Shown here in pieces: positions 1-8,314 of a DNA stretch of 36,831 nucleotides. How positions within the stretch are numbered: the stretch's first letter is position 1; each line of letters begins with the position of its first letter. This stretch comes from Candidatus Bathyarchaeota archaeon B63 (GTDB taxonomy: Archaea > Thermoproteota > Bathyarchaeia > Bathyarchaeales > DTEX01), in assembly GCA_001593845.1 (NCBI GenBank), contig LUCF01000004.1, positions 1 through 36,831 of the forward strand, given 5' to 3'. A model generated the notes under the pieces. The model made no database searches and was not told the origin of the DNA. It was given only the letters and a program-made list of their open reading frames with translations. The position numbers and the translations under genes are program-made.

Positions 1-3
1 CGT

Positions 4-15
4 AAAAAATAAAAA
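4..15 (-). terminator. T-rich archaeal terminator candidate for the glnA operon transcript
   Basis: The + strand A-tract aaaaaataaaaa reads as a U-rich run on the - strand, downstream of the 228..1436 gene. Confidence 0.35.
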
Positions 16-37
16 GGGTTGTGAACGCGGAGACTGA

Positions 38-200
38 ACCCTCAAACCTACAGCATCCCGGACCCTTATCCTAATGAGAAAGGGAAACCGTGAAGAGGGC
101 CGGGCTTAAGATCGAGTCCAGCCGCGGCTCGTAGCTGACTAAGGGCTACTTCACATTCCCGAGACCCCGTGGGGCTTAGATGAAATGGGCAGATGAGGGC
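38..200 (-). ncRNA. Putative multibranch structured RNA element (3' UTR or sRNA), family unknown
   Basis: On the - strand, closing stem GCCCUCA/UGAGGGU plus UCUGC/GUAGG (G-U pairs favour this strand). It encloses hairpins CCC-CACG-GGG, GUAGC/GCUAC, CGAG/CUCG and CCCGGCCCU/AGGGUCCGGG. Confidence 0.3.
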
Positions 201-227
201 AAAGAGAAGAATGGAGGAGGTTTTGGC

Positions 228-1436
228 TCAGCTCAATCCCAGATCTGAGATTATCCTCTTGAACTCTTCCTCCTTCAGGGAGGCTCTTCTCCCATTCTCG
301 TAGATCAACTTGATCATGGACATGACGGCCTCAACCTGATCATTAGTCGGGGTTCTGCCCGTCAACTCCCGGATCTTATGCTTCACGATGGCTCTCCCGG
401 AGTGCTTCCCTATCGTCAATCTACGCCTGTTCCCGACCAGCTCCGGCGGGTAAGGCTCATAAGTCAGGGGGTTATTTAGGACCCCGTGAGTGTGGATGCC
501 GGACTCATGAGCGAAGGCGTAATCCCCAACTATCGCCTTGTTCGGGGGGATCCTGTAGCCCGTTGCCCGCCCTATGAGGTCAGCCAGCCTCTTGAGCATC
601 CGGGTCTTACCCTCGTACTTCTTAACCCCGTAAAGCATGTATAGGTTCATGATCACCTTCTCCGTCTCAGCGTTCCCAGCCCTCTCCCCGATCCCCAGGA
701 ACGTGGTACTCGCGTATATCCTATCCCATACGCCTGAGGCGGCTCGGATCGCCGCCATTGTATTCTCAACGGCATTCCCGAAATCGTCGTGGGCGTGGAT
801 CTCGATGTCCCTTATCTTCGTCTCAGCCTTTATGGCCTTGACCTTCGCCGGTATCCCATTCGGGAGGGGAGCCTCGGGATCCGAGAGGCCTACCCCAACC
901 GTGTCGCATATCCTGTAGCATTCAGCCCCAGCCTCGGCGACGGCATTCACGAATCTCCTCTCGAAATCCCAGTCTGCCCTCGTGCTGTCCTCACCGTGGA
1001 CGAAGACCCTCAGGCCGTGGTCCTTCGCCGCATACTCGACAGCCTCAACGACCCTCTGTAGGAGCTCCTCCTCCGTCATCCCCGGCCACTTAGCCCTGAA
1101 GTGGATGTGAGAGACCGGGTGGGAGATCCCGACCTCATCAAACCCGCAGCTCATCGCGTTGTCTATGTCAGCCTTGACGGCCCTGCACCAACCGGCCACC
1201 CTAGCGTCCAAGCTCATGTCCTGAATAAGCCTAGCCGCCTTCTTGTCCGACTCCTGGAAGTGATGTAGCTCTATCCTCTCGACCCCCACCTCGTCGAGGA
1301 GGCGAGCTACCTCAGCGGCCTCCTCAGGCGAGACCGCCAGCCCGGGCATCTGCACGCCGTCCCGGAGGGTAGTATCATCGATAAGCGGCTCCGTCTTCAG
1401 CTCCATACTACTGAAGTGAAGCTCCTCAAGGTTCAT
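228..1436 (-). CDS. DRE-TIM metallolyase (homocitrate/isopropylmalate synthase superfamily), Re-citrate-synthase-like, no regulatory domain
   Basis: Motifs DTTLRDG, EDSTRAD, HAHDD, GIGERAGN, HESGIH, GKHSG; 402 aa. Confidence 0.85.
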   Translation of the reverse strand: MNLEELHFSSMELKTEPLIDDTTLRDGVQMPGLAVSPEEAAEVARLLDEVGVERIELHHFQESDKKAARLIQDMSLDARVAGWCRAVKADIDNAMSCGFDEVGISHPVSHIHFRAKWPGMTEEELLQRVVEAVEYAAKDHGLRVFVHGEDSTRADWDFERRFVNAVAEAGAECYRICDTVGVGLSDPEAPLPNGIPAKVKAIKAETKIRDIEIHAHDDFGNAVENTMAAIRAASGVWDRIYASTTFLGIGERAGNAETEKVIMNLYMLYGVKKYEGKTRMLKRLADLIGRATGYRIPPNKAIVGDYAFAHESGIHTHGVLNNPLTYEPYPPELVGNRRRLTIGKHSGRAIVKHKIRELTGRTPTNDQVEAVMSMIKLIYENGRRASLKEEEFKRIISDLGLS

Positions 1437-1480
1437 TCTTATCCATGGCCTCCCTGTCTGTCTAAGCTTCGAAGCCAGCC

Positions 1481-1747
1481 TTAGGGAGGATAAAAGATCG
1501 AGATTAGGGTCTCAGTATGCAAGACATTCGGATGTTGCTCGATCATCTCGTAGATTATCTTCCTGAGCTCCTCTAGGCTGTCAGCCTCGATGACGACGAC
1601 TGCGTCGAACCTGCCGAGGACGGAGTTAGCCATCTTCACGCCCTTTATCCTCCTCGACCTCACGATCTCCTCAGATGTCCCCGGCTTCACGGTGACCATC
1701 ACGAAGGCACGGAGGGTTTTCCGACGTAGATCCTTTGAAGAGGACAT
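1481..1747 (-). CDS. Stand-alone Lrp/AsnC ligand-binding (RAM) domain protein, demi-FFRP
   Basis: RAFVMVTVKPG...GRFDAVVVIEA...VLHTETLI; no HTH; 88 aa. Confidence 0.85.
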   Translation of the reverse strand: MSSSKDLRRKTLRAFVMVTVKPGTSEEIVRSRRIKGVKMANSVLGRFDAVVVIEADSLEELRKIIYEMIEQHPNVLHTETLISIFYPP

Positions 1748-1771
1748 CCTGGCTCTTCACTCTCAGCCTTT

Positions 1772-2005
1772 TTAACTCGATAATACTAGAGATGTCTCTG
1801 TATGGATTATGTTCGGGTCCTTCTCGATGACTTTGTAGAGGATCTCATTTATGCTGTCGAGGCTCGGCGCCTCTATTATGATGACGGCGTCGAACCTGCC
1901 GTATATCGCGTCCGCTTGAACGACCTCCTTGACCTTCCTCTTTATTCTGCCCACAACCTGAAGGGAAGTCGCCGGCTTCGTCTTCACAAATATATACGCT
2001 CTCAT
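1772..2005 (-). CDS. Stand-alone Lrp/AsnC ligand-binding (RAM) domain protein, demi-FFRP
   Basis: MRAYIFVKTKP...YGRFDAVIIIEA...IIHTETSL; paralog of 1481..1747. Confidence 0.85.
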   Translation of the reverse strand: MRAYIFVKTKPATSLQVVGRIKRKVKEVVQADAIYGRFDAVIIIEAPSLDSINEILYKVIEKDPNIIHTETSLVLSS

Positions 2006-2038
2006 TTACTCACCACCTCTTTTCATTCTCTCCTATTC

Positions 2039-3526
2039 TTAATAATCAAGATACTTCATGATCTCCCACGGCGTAACATAGAGGCAGTACTGGTTCCAGT
2101 CGTTTGTCTTGTACTCGATGAAGGCGTCGAAGATGTGGCTCCCAAGCGTTCTGTGTATGACATCGTCACTCTTCATCTCATCCAAGGCATCCCTCAGCGT
2201 CGTCGGGAGCTCATCAATCCCCAGCGCCTTCCTCCTCTCCGAGGAGAGCTTATAGACATCCTCATCCACGGGGTCTCCTGGGTCGATCTTCTTCTTGATA
2301 CCGTCAAGCCCAGCCATCAAGATGCAGGAGTACGCCAAGTATGGGTTGCATGAAGGATCAGCAGACCTGAACTCGACCCTCTTAAGTGAGGCATGCTTCG
2401 GACCCTTGAAGTAGACCGGGACCCTTACGAGGGCTGATCTGTTACGCCTGGACCACATAATATATATCGGAGCCTCGAAGCCTGGGACGAGCCTCTTGTA
2501 GGAGTTTACTGTTGGGCAGCATACAGCAGTGAGCGCCTTCGCATGCTCAAGGAGCCCGCCGATGAAGTATCTCCCGGTCTGACTGAGCTCGGCGTACTCG
2601 TCGCTCTCATCGTACATGGCGTTCTCCCCGCCCTTCCAGATCGATGTGTGAACATGCATCCCACTCGCGTTGTCCAGGTAGACGGGCTTCGGCATGAACG
2701 TGGCGATCATCCCATACTTCTTAGCCACATTCTTAGCGACGAATTTATAGTAGATCGTCTTATCAGCGGTCTCAACCAATCCTCCGAAGCGGAAGTCTAT
2801 CTCCATCTGCCCAGCCGTCGCCACCTCATGGTGATGCATCTCAACCCTGAACCCAAAGTTATCCTCCAGTATGGATGCCACCTCATTCCTGTACTCGATC
2901 GTCGTATCCTCTGGGGGAGGCCTGAAGTAAGCCTCCTTCGGCCTTAAGGTGAAGCTCCCAGCGGAGATCTCAGGGGACTCAGGAACAACCCTCGGAGCCC
3001 CCCAGGAGTCCCCCTCACCCCCCTTGGGGCTGACCCACAAGTCCCAGACGAGCTTCGTCGGATCGACCGAGGAGAAGATGAAGTACTCCAGCTCAGGCCC
3101 AAAGTAGCTAGTGTAGCCCATATCCGCAGCCGTCTTAACCGCCCTCTTCGCCACGTATCCCCTAGAGCAGACCTCGGATGGCTCCTCGCCTCCGTATGCT
3201 TCATAGACATCCCCGATGACGATTGCGCTCTTCTGCTTCTCATCGCTCGTCCAAGGTATCACAGCCAGGGTCTCCGGATCAGGCTTAAGGATCATATCTG
3301 ACTCCTCGATGGACTTGAAGCCCCTTATCGATGAGCCGTCAAAGCCTATGCCAGATGTGAGGGCGTCGCCCTCTATGTACTCCCTAGCCGGTATGACCAC
3401 GTCTTGCATGAGGCCGCGGATATCCACGAATGTGGAGTGGACCCATCGTATCCCATTCTTCCTGAGCGTCTCAATGGCTGCCTTAACGGCCTCGTCCTTC
3501 AATGTTGGCACACCATTTTTGTTCAA
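2039..3526 (-). CDS. glnA: Glutamine synthetase type I
   Basis: FDGSSI, ESDM, GPELEY, HHEVA, FMPKP, NASGMHVH, NSYKRLVPG, EFRSAD...NPYL. Confidence 0.97.
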   Translation of the reverse strand: MNKNGVPTLKDEAVKAAIETLRKNGIRWVHSTFVDIRGLMQDVVIPAREYIEGDALTSGIGFDGSSIRGFKSIEESDMILKPDPETLAVIPWTSDEKQKSAIVIGDVYEAYGGEEPSEVCSRGYVAKRAVKTAADMGYTSYFGPELEYFIFSSVDPTKLVWDLWVSPKGGEGDSWGAPRVVPESPEISAGSFTLRPKEAYFRPPPEDTTIEYRNEVASILEDNFGFRVEMHHHEVATAGQMEIDFRFGGLVETADKTIYYKFVAKNVAKKYGMIATFMPKPVYLDNASGMHVHTSIWKGGENAMYDESDEYAELSQTGRYFIGGLLEHAKALTAVCCPTVNSYKRLVPGFEAPIYIMWSRRNRSALVRVPVYFKGPKHASLKRVEFRSADPSCNPYLAYSCILMAGLDGIKKKIDPGDPVDEDVYKLSSERRKALGIDELPTTLRDALDEMKSDDVIHRTLGSHIFDAFIEYKTNDWNQYCLYVTPWEIMKYLDY

Positions 3527-3540
3527 TAGATCGACTATAA

Positions 3541-3608
3541 ATTGAAAGAAATGTATATAAGTTTTTCGTTTATTGAAAAAACATTTATATAATATCTAAA
3601 AAATTGAA
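3541..3608. promoter_or_regulatory. Three phased ATTGAA half-sites, candidate Lrp/FFRP operator array
   Basis: ATTGAA at 3541, 3572 and 3603, exactly 31 bp apart. They interleave with the two divergent TATA boxes (the + strand TTTATATA lies near 3584-3591). Confidence 0.55.
3553..3568 (-). promoter_or_regulatory. BRE-TATA promoter of glnA (probably leaderless transcript)
   Basis: The - strand reads CGAAAAACTTATATAC, about 27 nt upstream of the TTG start at 3526. Confidence 0.6.
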
Positions 3609-3616
3609 TAAGTGTA

Positions 3617-4129
3617 TTGGACGTGAAACCGCTCATGGAGACCAGGTTGGGAGGGAGAAAACTGGAGAAGAGCGAGGTTAAGGCAATCGACGAGATAGAT
3701 CTTCAAATAATAAATCTGCTCCAAGAGGATTCTAGGCTGAGCTTCAATAAGATTGCGCGTGAGCTCGGAATATCCGTGGGAACGGCATACAACAGGATCA
3801 GGAGCCTAGAGGAGAAGGGGGTGCTGAAGGCATACACCGTGATCGTGGACCCCGTGAAGGTTGGATACAGCCTGACCGCGATAACCCTTATCCAGGCTGA
3901 GGGGAAGCACCTCACAGACGTCGAGAAGGAGATCTCCAGAATAGAGAACGTCATAGCCGTATACGACATAACAGGGGACTATGATATAGCTGTGATCGCT
4001 AGGTTCAAGGACAGGTTCGATATGAACAATTTCATAAAGGGCCTCTTGGCGATGCCGTACGTGAAGAGAACAGTGACGAACGTCATCCTCAACATCGTCA
4101 AGGAGGACTTTAGGATCAAGCTTCCGTAG
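3617..4129 (+). CDS. Lrp/AsnC family transcriptional regulator (full-length FFRP); true start may be slightly downstream
   Basis: IDEIDLQII..LQEDSRLS..IARELGIS..T..NRIRSLEEKGV HTH plus VYDITGDYD ligand domain; divergent from glnA. Confidence 0.93.
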   Translation: MDVKPLMETRLGGRKLEKSEVKAIDEIDLQIINLLQEDSRLSFNKIARELGISVGTAYNRIRSLEEKGVLKAYTVIVDPVKVGYSLTAITLIQAEGKHLTDVEKEISRIENVIAVYDITGDYDIAVIARFKDRFDMNNFIKGLLAMPYVKRTVTNVILNIVKEDFRIKLP

Positions 4130-4304
4130 ATCTCTGGAGGGGAGACGGCTTGAGGTCGAGATCAAGGAAAACATAACTAAGCTCAGAATCACAGTCGAGA
4201 CTTAATTAAGCGGCAATGTTGCCTCCCATCCCGTGAATCTCTAATCCTGCCTTTAGAATGAGGCTTCTCCTCGTATCCCCAATAGATCTTTGTAAAAACA
4301 ATTA

Positions 4305-4317
4305 TGAAAAATTTTCA
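4305..4317. promoter_or_regulatory. FFRP-type palindromic box TGAAAAATTTTCA
   Basis: TGAAA-AAT-TTTCA in an AT-rich patch between lrp and nadE; matches the TGAAAWWWTTTCA form described for Pyrococcus FL11. Confidence 0.5.
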
Positions 4318-4645
4318 ATTAGATTTTTATTTAGACATGGAACCTCATGGGATGAGTTTCGATAGAAGGCTCTGAAAGCCCCTTAGGGCATAATACGCGG
4401 AGAGATCCTGAATGTTCCCATATGTAAGACGAGAAAGTACTGAGAAGCAGAGTCATGGCCACAGCGGGTGGTGAGGCGGCTGGATCATGGACTCATAGCC
4501 CGCTCAGACCTTACCGGTCCAGATTCTCGGCTGATCTCAGAAACCCATTATGGATGAGCCGTCAGCCTGTCTGGAAGCCGGGCGATAGGAACCTGTATAT
4601 TGTTGTATTTGAGAATTTTTAGATGGATATGAGGGAGGGCTCACC

Positions 4646-6319
4646 ATGAAGGTGGCGATGGCTCAGATAAATTCGACAGTCGGCGACCTCAAGGGGAACA
4701 TCGAGAAGATAAAGGAATACATGGGGAAGGCGAAGGATCTCGAAGCCGACCTCGTAGCCTTTCCTGAGATGGCGGTCACCGGCTACCCGCCCCAAGACCT
4801 GCTTTATGAAAGGGCCTTCGTGAGGGAGAACAAGAAGGCACTTGAAGAACTCATTAAAAGTAATGATTCTGAGATCGTGGGGGTCGTCGGCTTCGTCGAC
4901 TACGACGATGAAGGTAACCTCTACAACGCCGCCGCGATCTTCAAAGGAGACGAGATCGTCGGAACGGCGTATAAGACCCTCCTGCCCACCTACGACGTCT
5001 TCGATGAGGACAGATACTTCAAGCCGGCGAGGGAGGAGGACATCAGGCCGGCGAGGGTGGAGATGGGCGGGAAAGAGGTCAACCTGGGCGTTGAGATATG
5101 CGAGGACCTGTGGGACGAGGGATACGAGATCAAGGTGACCGACCTCCTCGCTGAGAGGGGAGCCAACCTGATCGTTAATGTCTCCGCATCCCCATTCCAC
5201 GCAGGGAAGAGATTCGAGAGGGAGCATCTGCTGAGGGAGAAGGCTGTCAAAAATAGGGTTCCCATCTTCTATGTGAACCTCGTCGGAGGCCAAGACGAGC
5301 TAGTCTTCGACGGCCAGAGCCTAGCCGTGGATGCGTCAGGTAACCTCATAGCGTTCGCCAAGCAGTTCGAAGAGGACCTCGTGATCACCGACATCGACCT
5401 GGAGAGGGGCGTGGCTCCGAGGGTTGATCCCCCACCCTACAACAGGGAGGAGGAGATGTTCAATGCCCTGGTCTTGGGGGTCCGCGACTACTTCAGGAAG
5501 ACGGGATTCAAGAAGGCCGTAGTCGGGATGAGCGGCGGAATAGACTCTTCGCTTACGACATGCATAGCGGTTGAGGCCCTGGGCAGGGAGAACGTTATAG
5601 GGGTCTCGATGCCCTCCAGATTCTCCAGCGAGCACAGTAAGACCGATGCGGAGAGGCTTGCCAAGAACCTCGGGATATGCTTCGTCCGTTTCTCCATAGA
5701 GGATATTGTTGAGAGCTACAGAAGGACACTGGAGGAGCCGCTGGAGAAGATACGGAGGCACTTCGGCATAAGTAAGGAGAGGGACGACCCGGTCGCCGAT
5801 GAGAATATACAGCCCAGAATAAGGGGGAACTGCCTCATGGACATCTCAAATAGGCTGAGGGATCTGAGGATACTCGTGCTTAACACGGGGAACAAGACGG
5901 AGCTCGCGCTTGGCTACTGCACCCTGTATGGGGACATGACCGGGGGGATCGGGGCTCTCGGGGACGTAAGCAAGCTCGAGGTCTACAAGCTCGCAGAGTA
6001 CGTGAACAAGAAGGCCGGCAGGGAAGTGATACCGAAAAACGTATTCAGGAAGAAGCCGTCGCCGGAACTCAAGGAGAATCAATATGACCCATTCGACTTC
6101 AGCATAGTCAGCCCGCTCGTAGACGAGATCATCGAGAACCGCAGGGGAAAGCAGGAGTTGATAGAGATGGGGTACCCAAAGGAGACTGTCTTGGACATCT
6201 ATGGGAGGGTCAGGAGGGCAGAGTACAAGAGGCGGCAGGCGCCCCCCTACATAAAGATAACCCGGAAGGCCTTCGGCATAGGGTGGAAGATGCCGATAGT
6301 CAACAAGTACGACGGATAA
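4646..6319 (+). CDS. nadE: Glutamine-dependent NAD+ synthetase
   Basis: Nitrilase-like domain (FPE, YK.LLPTY, ICEDLW triad) fused to a synthetase domain (SGGIDS, ENIQPRIRG, GNKTE, TLYGD, EYKRRQAP). Confidence 0.95.
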   Translation: MKVAMAQINSTVGDLKGNIEKIKEYMGKAKDLEADLVAFPEMAVTGYPPQDLLYERAFVRENKKALEELIKSNDSEIVGVVGFVDYDDEGNLYNAAAIFKGDEIVGTAYKTLLPTYDVFDEDRYFKPAREEDIRPARVEMGGKEVNLGVEICEDLWDEGYEIKVTDLLAERGANLIVNVSASPFHAGKRFEREHLLREKAVKNRVPIFYVNLVGGQDELVFDGQSLAVDASGNLIAFAKQFEEDLVITDIDLERGVAPRVDPPPYNREEEMFNALVLGVRDYFRKTGFKKAVVGMSGGIDSSLTTCIAVEALGRENVIGVSMPSRFSSEHSKTDAERLAKNLGICFVRFSIEDIVESYRRTLEEPLEKIRRHFGISKERDDPVADENIQPRIRGNCLMDISNRLRDLRILVLNTGNKTELALGYCTLYGDMTGGIGALGDVSKLEVYKLAEYVNKKAGREVIPKNVFRKKPSPELKENQYDPFDFSIVSPLVDEIIENRRGKQELIEMGYPKETVLDIYGRVRRAEYKRRQAPPYIKITRKAFGIGWKMPIVNKYDG

Positions 6320-6406
6320 GCAGGCGAGCAGGCAGCTCCCTTCCCTGAGTTCTCAGCCGGAAGAATCGGCCTGTAAAGCCGTAAAATAGAATGGGTCAGA
6401 AAAAGG

Positions 6407-7927
6407 TTAGGCGGGTTCATTCACCTTCTTGCCGGTCTTCTCTGTCCATTCCCTGATCGGGACGGCGAACTGCTTCTCAACCCTCTCCCTGTGGATGCTA
6501 TTGTACGTGCAGAAGGCCCTGAGCTTCCCATCCGGCGTCGCGTAATGTATCGCGCACCTCTGAACCCTGTCGAGGTCCATGTTCCAGACATCCTGGAAAT
6601 GCATTATCCCTATCATTATGACCTTATACATTAGAGCCCCCAGAGCCTTGATGCTCCCCCTCCTCACGATGCCCTTCAGTATGTCCCGGAAGAGATCAGA
6701 CTTTATTATGGGCAGGAACTTCAAAGCCTCCGCCTTCGCCCTCGCCTTCTTCCCCCTCACCCCATGATAATAGATGCTCCAGAAGACCTCAGCGAACCTG
6801 TCAACATCCACATGTCTGGTTATTGGAGAGTACGAGTCCTCCTCGATCACTATGAATGTTGAGGCCCCACACATCGGGTGCATCGTGAACTCCGGGTACA
6901 TCCGTCCCTTAAGGATCTCCATCCCCCTTGCGATTGGGACAGGCCAGTTCACGGGCCTCCAGTCCTTAACGTGTATCCGCCCGCCCGTCTGCTCCTCGAT
7001 GAGCCTGATGGCATCGGGGACCGTGATCCTCAGCCTCCTCATCTGCTCCTTCTGGGCTCTCCCAGCCATCGAGATCGGCTGGATGTTGACGCATCTTATA
7101 ATGTCTGAGTTCTCCACGGCGAACTCGATTATCTCCCCCAGGTCCCTGTCATTGACGCCCTTTGCCAGGGTGACGACCAAGACTATCGATCTTAGGCCTA
7201 TCTCCCTCGCGTTCTCCAGAACTCTCTTCTTGATCGGTATGAGGCCCCTTCTCCCCCTCAGCTTCTCATAGATCTCCTCTCTCAAGCCGTCGAACTGAAG
7301 GTATATCGTGTTCAAGCCCGCCTTGTAGAGGCTCCGGAAGTACTCTATGTCCTCAGCCAGCCGTATCCCATTCGTGTTCACCTCGACATGCTTGATCCCG
7401 GCCTTCTTAGCCTCCATGACTAGGCCCGGCAGGTCATTCCGGAGAGTAGGCTCACCGCCGCTGAACTGGAGAGCGTTACAGGGCCATGGGCTGTTAGACC
7501 TGAAGACCTTTATCATCTCAACTATCTGATCGTAGGTAGGCTCATAAACATAATTCGCCGCCCCAGCATAGGCGAAGCAGATGGGGCATGCCATGTTACA
7601 TCTGTTTGTGACGTCGATTATGCCAAGGATCGTGCTGGACTTATGTTGGGGGCACAATCCGCAGTCGTAGGGACATCCATCCTCAACCTTGGTATGCGGC
7701 TCTTCAACTCCTGAGCCCAAGTACTTGGCGGAGTTCCACTCCTTGTAGAACCACTTGTAAAGCTCAGCGTCGCCCCAATAGACATCCTCGAACCTCCCAT
7801 GCTCTGGGCATTCCTTCTCCAGGTATATCACGCCGTCCTCCTCATAGATCCTCATCGGCACCCTTCTCAAGCATTCCGGGCATATGCTGGTAGAGTAAGC
7901 CTCAAACTCGCCTTCCCGCTTCATCAT
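6407..7927 (-). CDS. tes: Tetraether lipid synthase (GDGT-MAS), radical SAM
   Basis: N-terminal CPEC...CPEH, CPYDCGLC, CNMACPIC radical SAM motif, C-terminal MHFQD...RVQRC.IHY..PDG...FCTYN. Confidence 0.88.
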   Translation of the reverse strand: MMKREGEFEAYSTSICPECLRRVPMRIYEEDGVIYLEKECPEHGRFEDVYWGDAELYKWFYKEWNSAKYLGSGVEEPHTKVEDGCPYDCGLCPQHKSSTILGIIDVTNRCNMACPICFAYAGAANYVYEPTYDQIVEMIKVFRSNSPWPCNALQFSGGEPTLRNDLPGLVMEAKKAGIKHVEVNTNGIRLAEDIEYFRSLYKAGLNTIYLQFDGLREEIYEKLRGRRGLIPIKKRVLENAREIGLRSIVLVVTLAKGVNDRDLGEIIEFAVENSDIIRCVNIQPISMAGRAQKEQMRRLRITVPDAIRLIEEQTGGRIHVKDWRPVNWPVPIARGMEILKGRMYPEFTMHPMCGASTFIVIEEDSYSPITRHVDVDRFAEVFWSIYYHGVRGKKARAKAEALKFLPIIKSDLFRDILKGIVRRGSIKALGALMYKVIMIGIMHFQDVWNMDLDRVQRCAIHYATPDGKLRAFCTYNSIHRERVEKQFAVPIREWTEKTGKKVNEPA

Positions 7928-8092
7928 CTAATTACCCATCCACCTCTAGAAGAAAGATAATTATCATCTTAAATGTTTTTCATAATAAATGTTCATCATC
8001 AGTTTTTAATTGAAACTAACAGCCCAATGATGTAGAGGAATAATAGATGCGAATGTTTCATATTTTATGGAAATTTCAGCGGGTTAGGATCA

Positions 8093-8273
8093 ATGATGGG
8101 TTCAACATCTCCCATGATTGTGGGGAAAAATAATCGTCCTGAAGGAGATGAAGGAAAAACTGGGGTTAGCCTAATCAATGGATCATCATTGAGGTTAGAG
8201 TAGGAGAGATCGTTTTGAGGTAATCTTTGAGCCTTGAGAGTCCCGTGAAAGAACTGAGGAGATGCCTGCATAA
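8093..8273 (+). pseudogene. Degenerate AbrB/MazE/SpoVT-type antitoxin remnant
   Basis: Fragments in shifting frames: MGSTSPM / GKIIVLKEMKEKLGL* / NGSSLRLE* / EVIFEP / SPVKELRRCL. These resemble the AbrB pattern GRIVIPKEIREKLGL..G. Confidence 0.45.
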
Positions 8274-8314
8274 CAGTTTTGTTTCGGCATTCTAGAGATA
8301 AAAAATTGGGGGGT

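Noticed and set aside
76..104. AAAGGGAAACCGTGAA resembling a cobalamin riboswitch, hammerhead or SECIS core
   Set aside because: Downstream conserved elements (UCC, GCCACUG, GGGAAG; CUGAUGA/GAAA) are absent, and no in-frame UGA selenoprotein is nearby.
4130..4206. Peptide-like stretch LEVEIKENITKLRITVET after lrp
   Set aside because: No start codon and out of frame with lrp; too short to assign.
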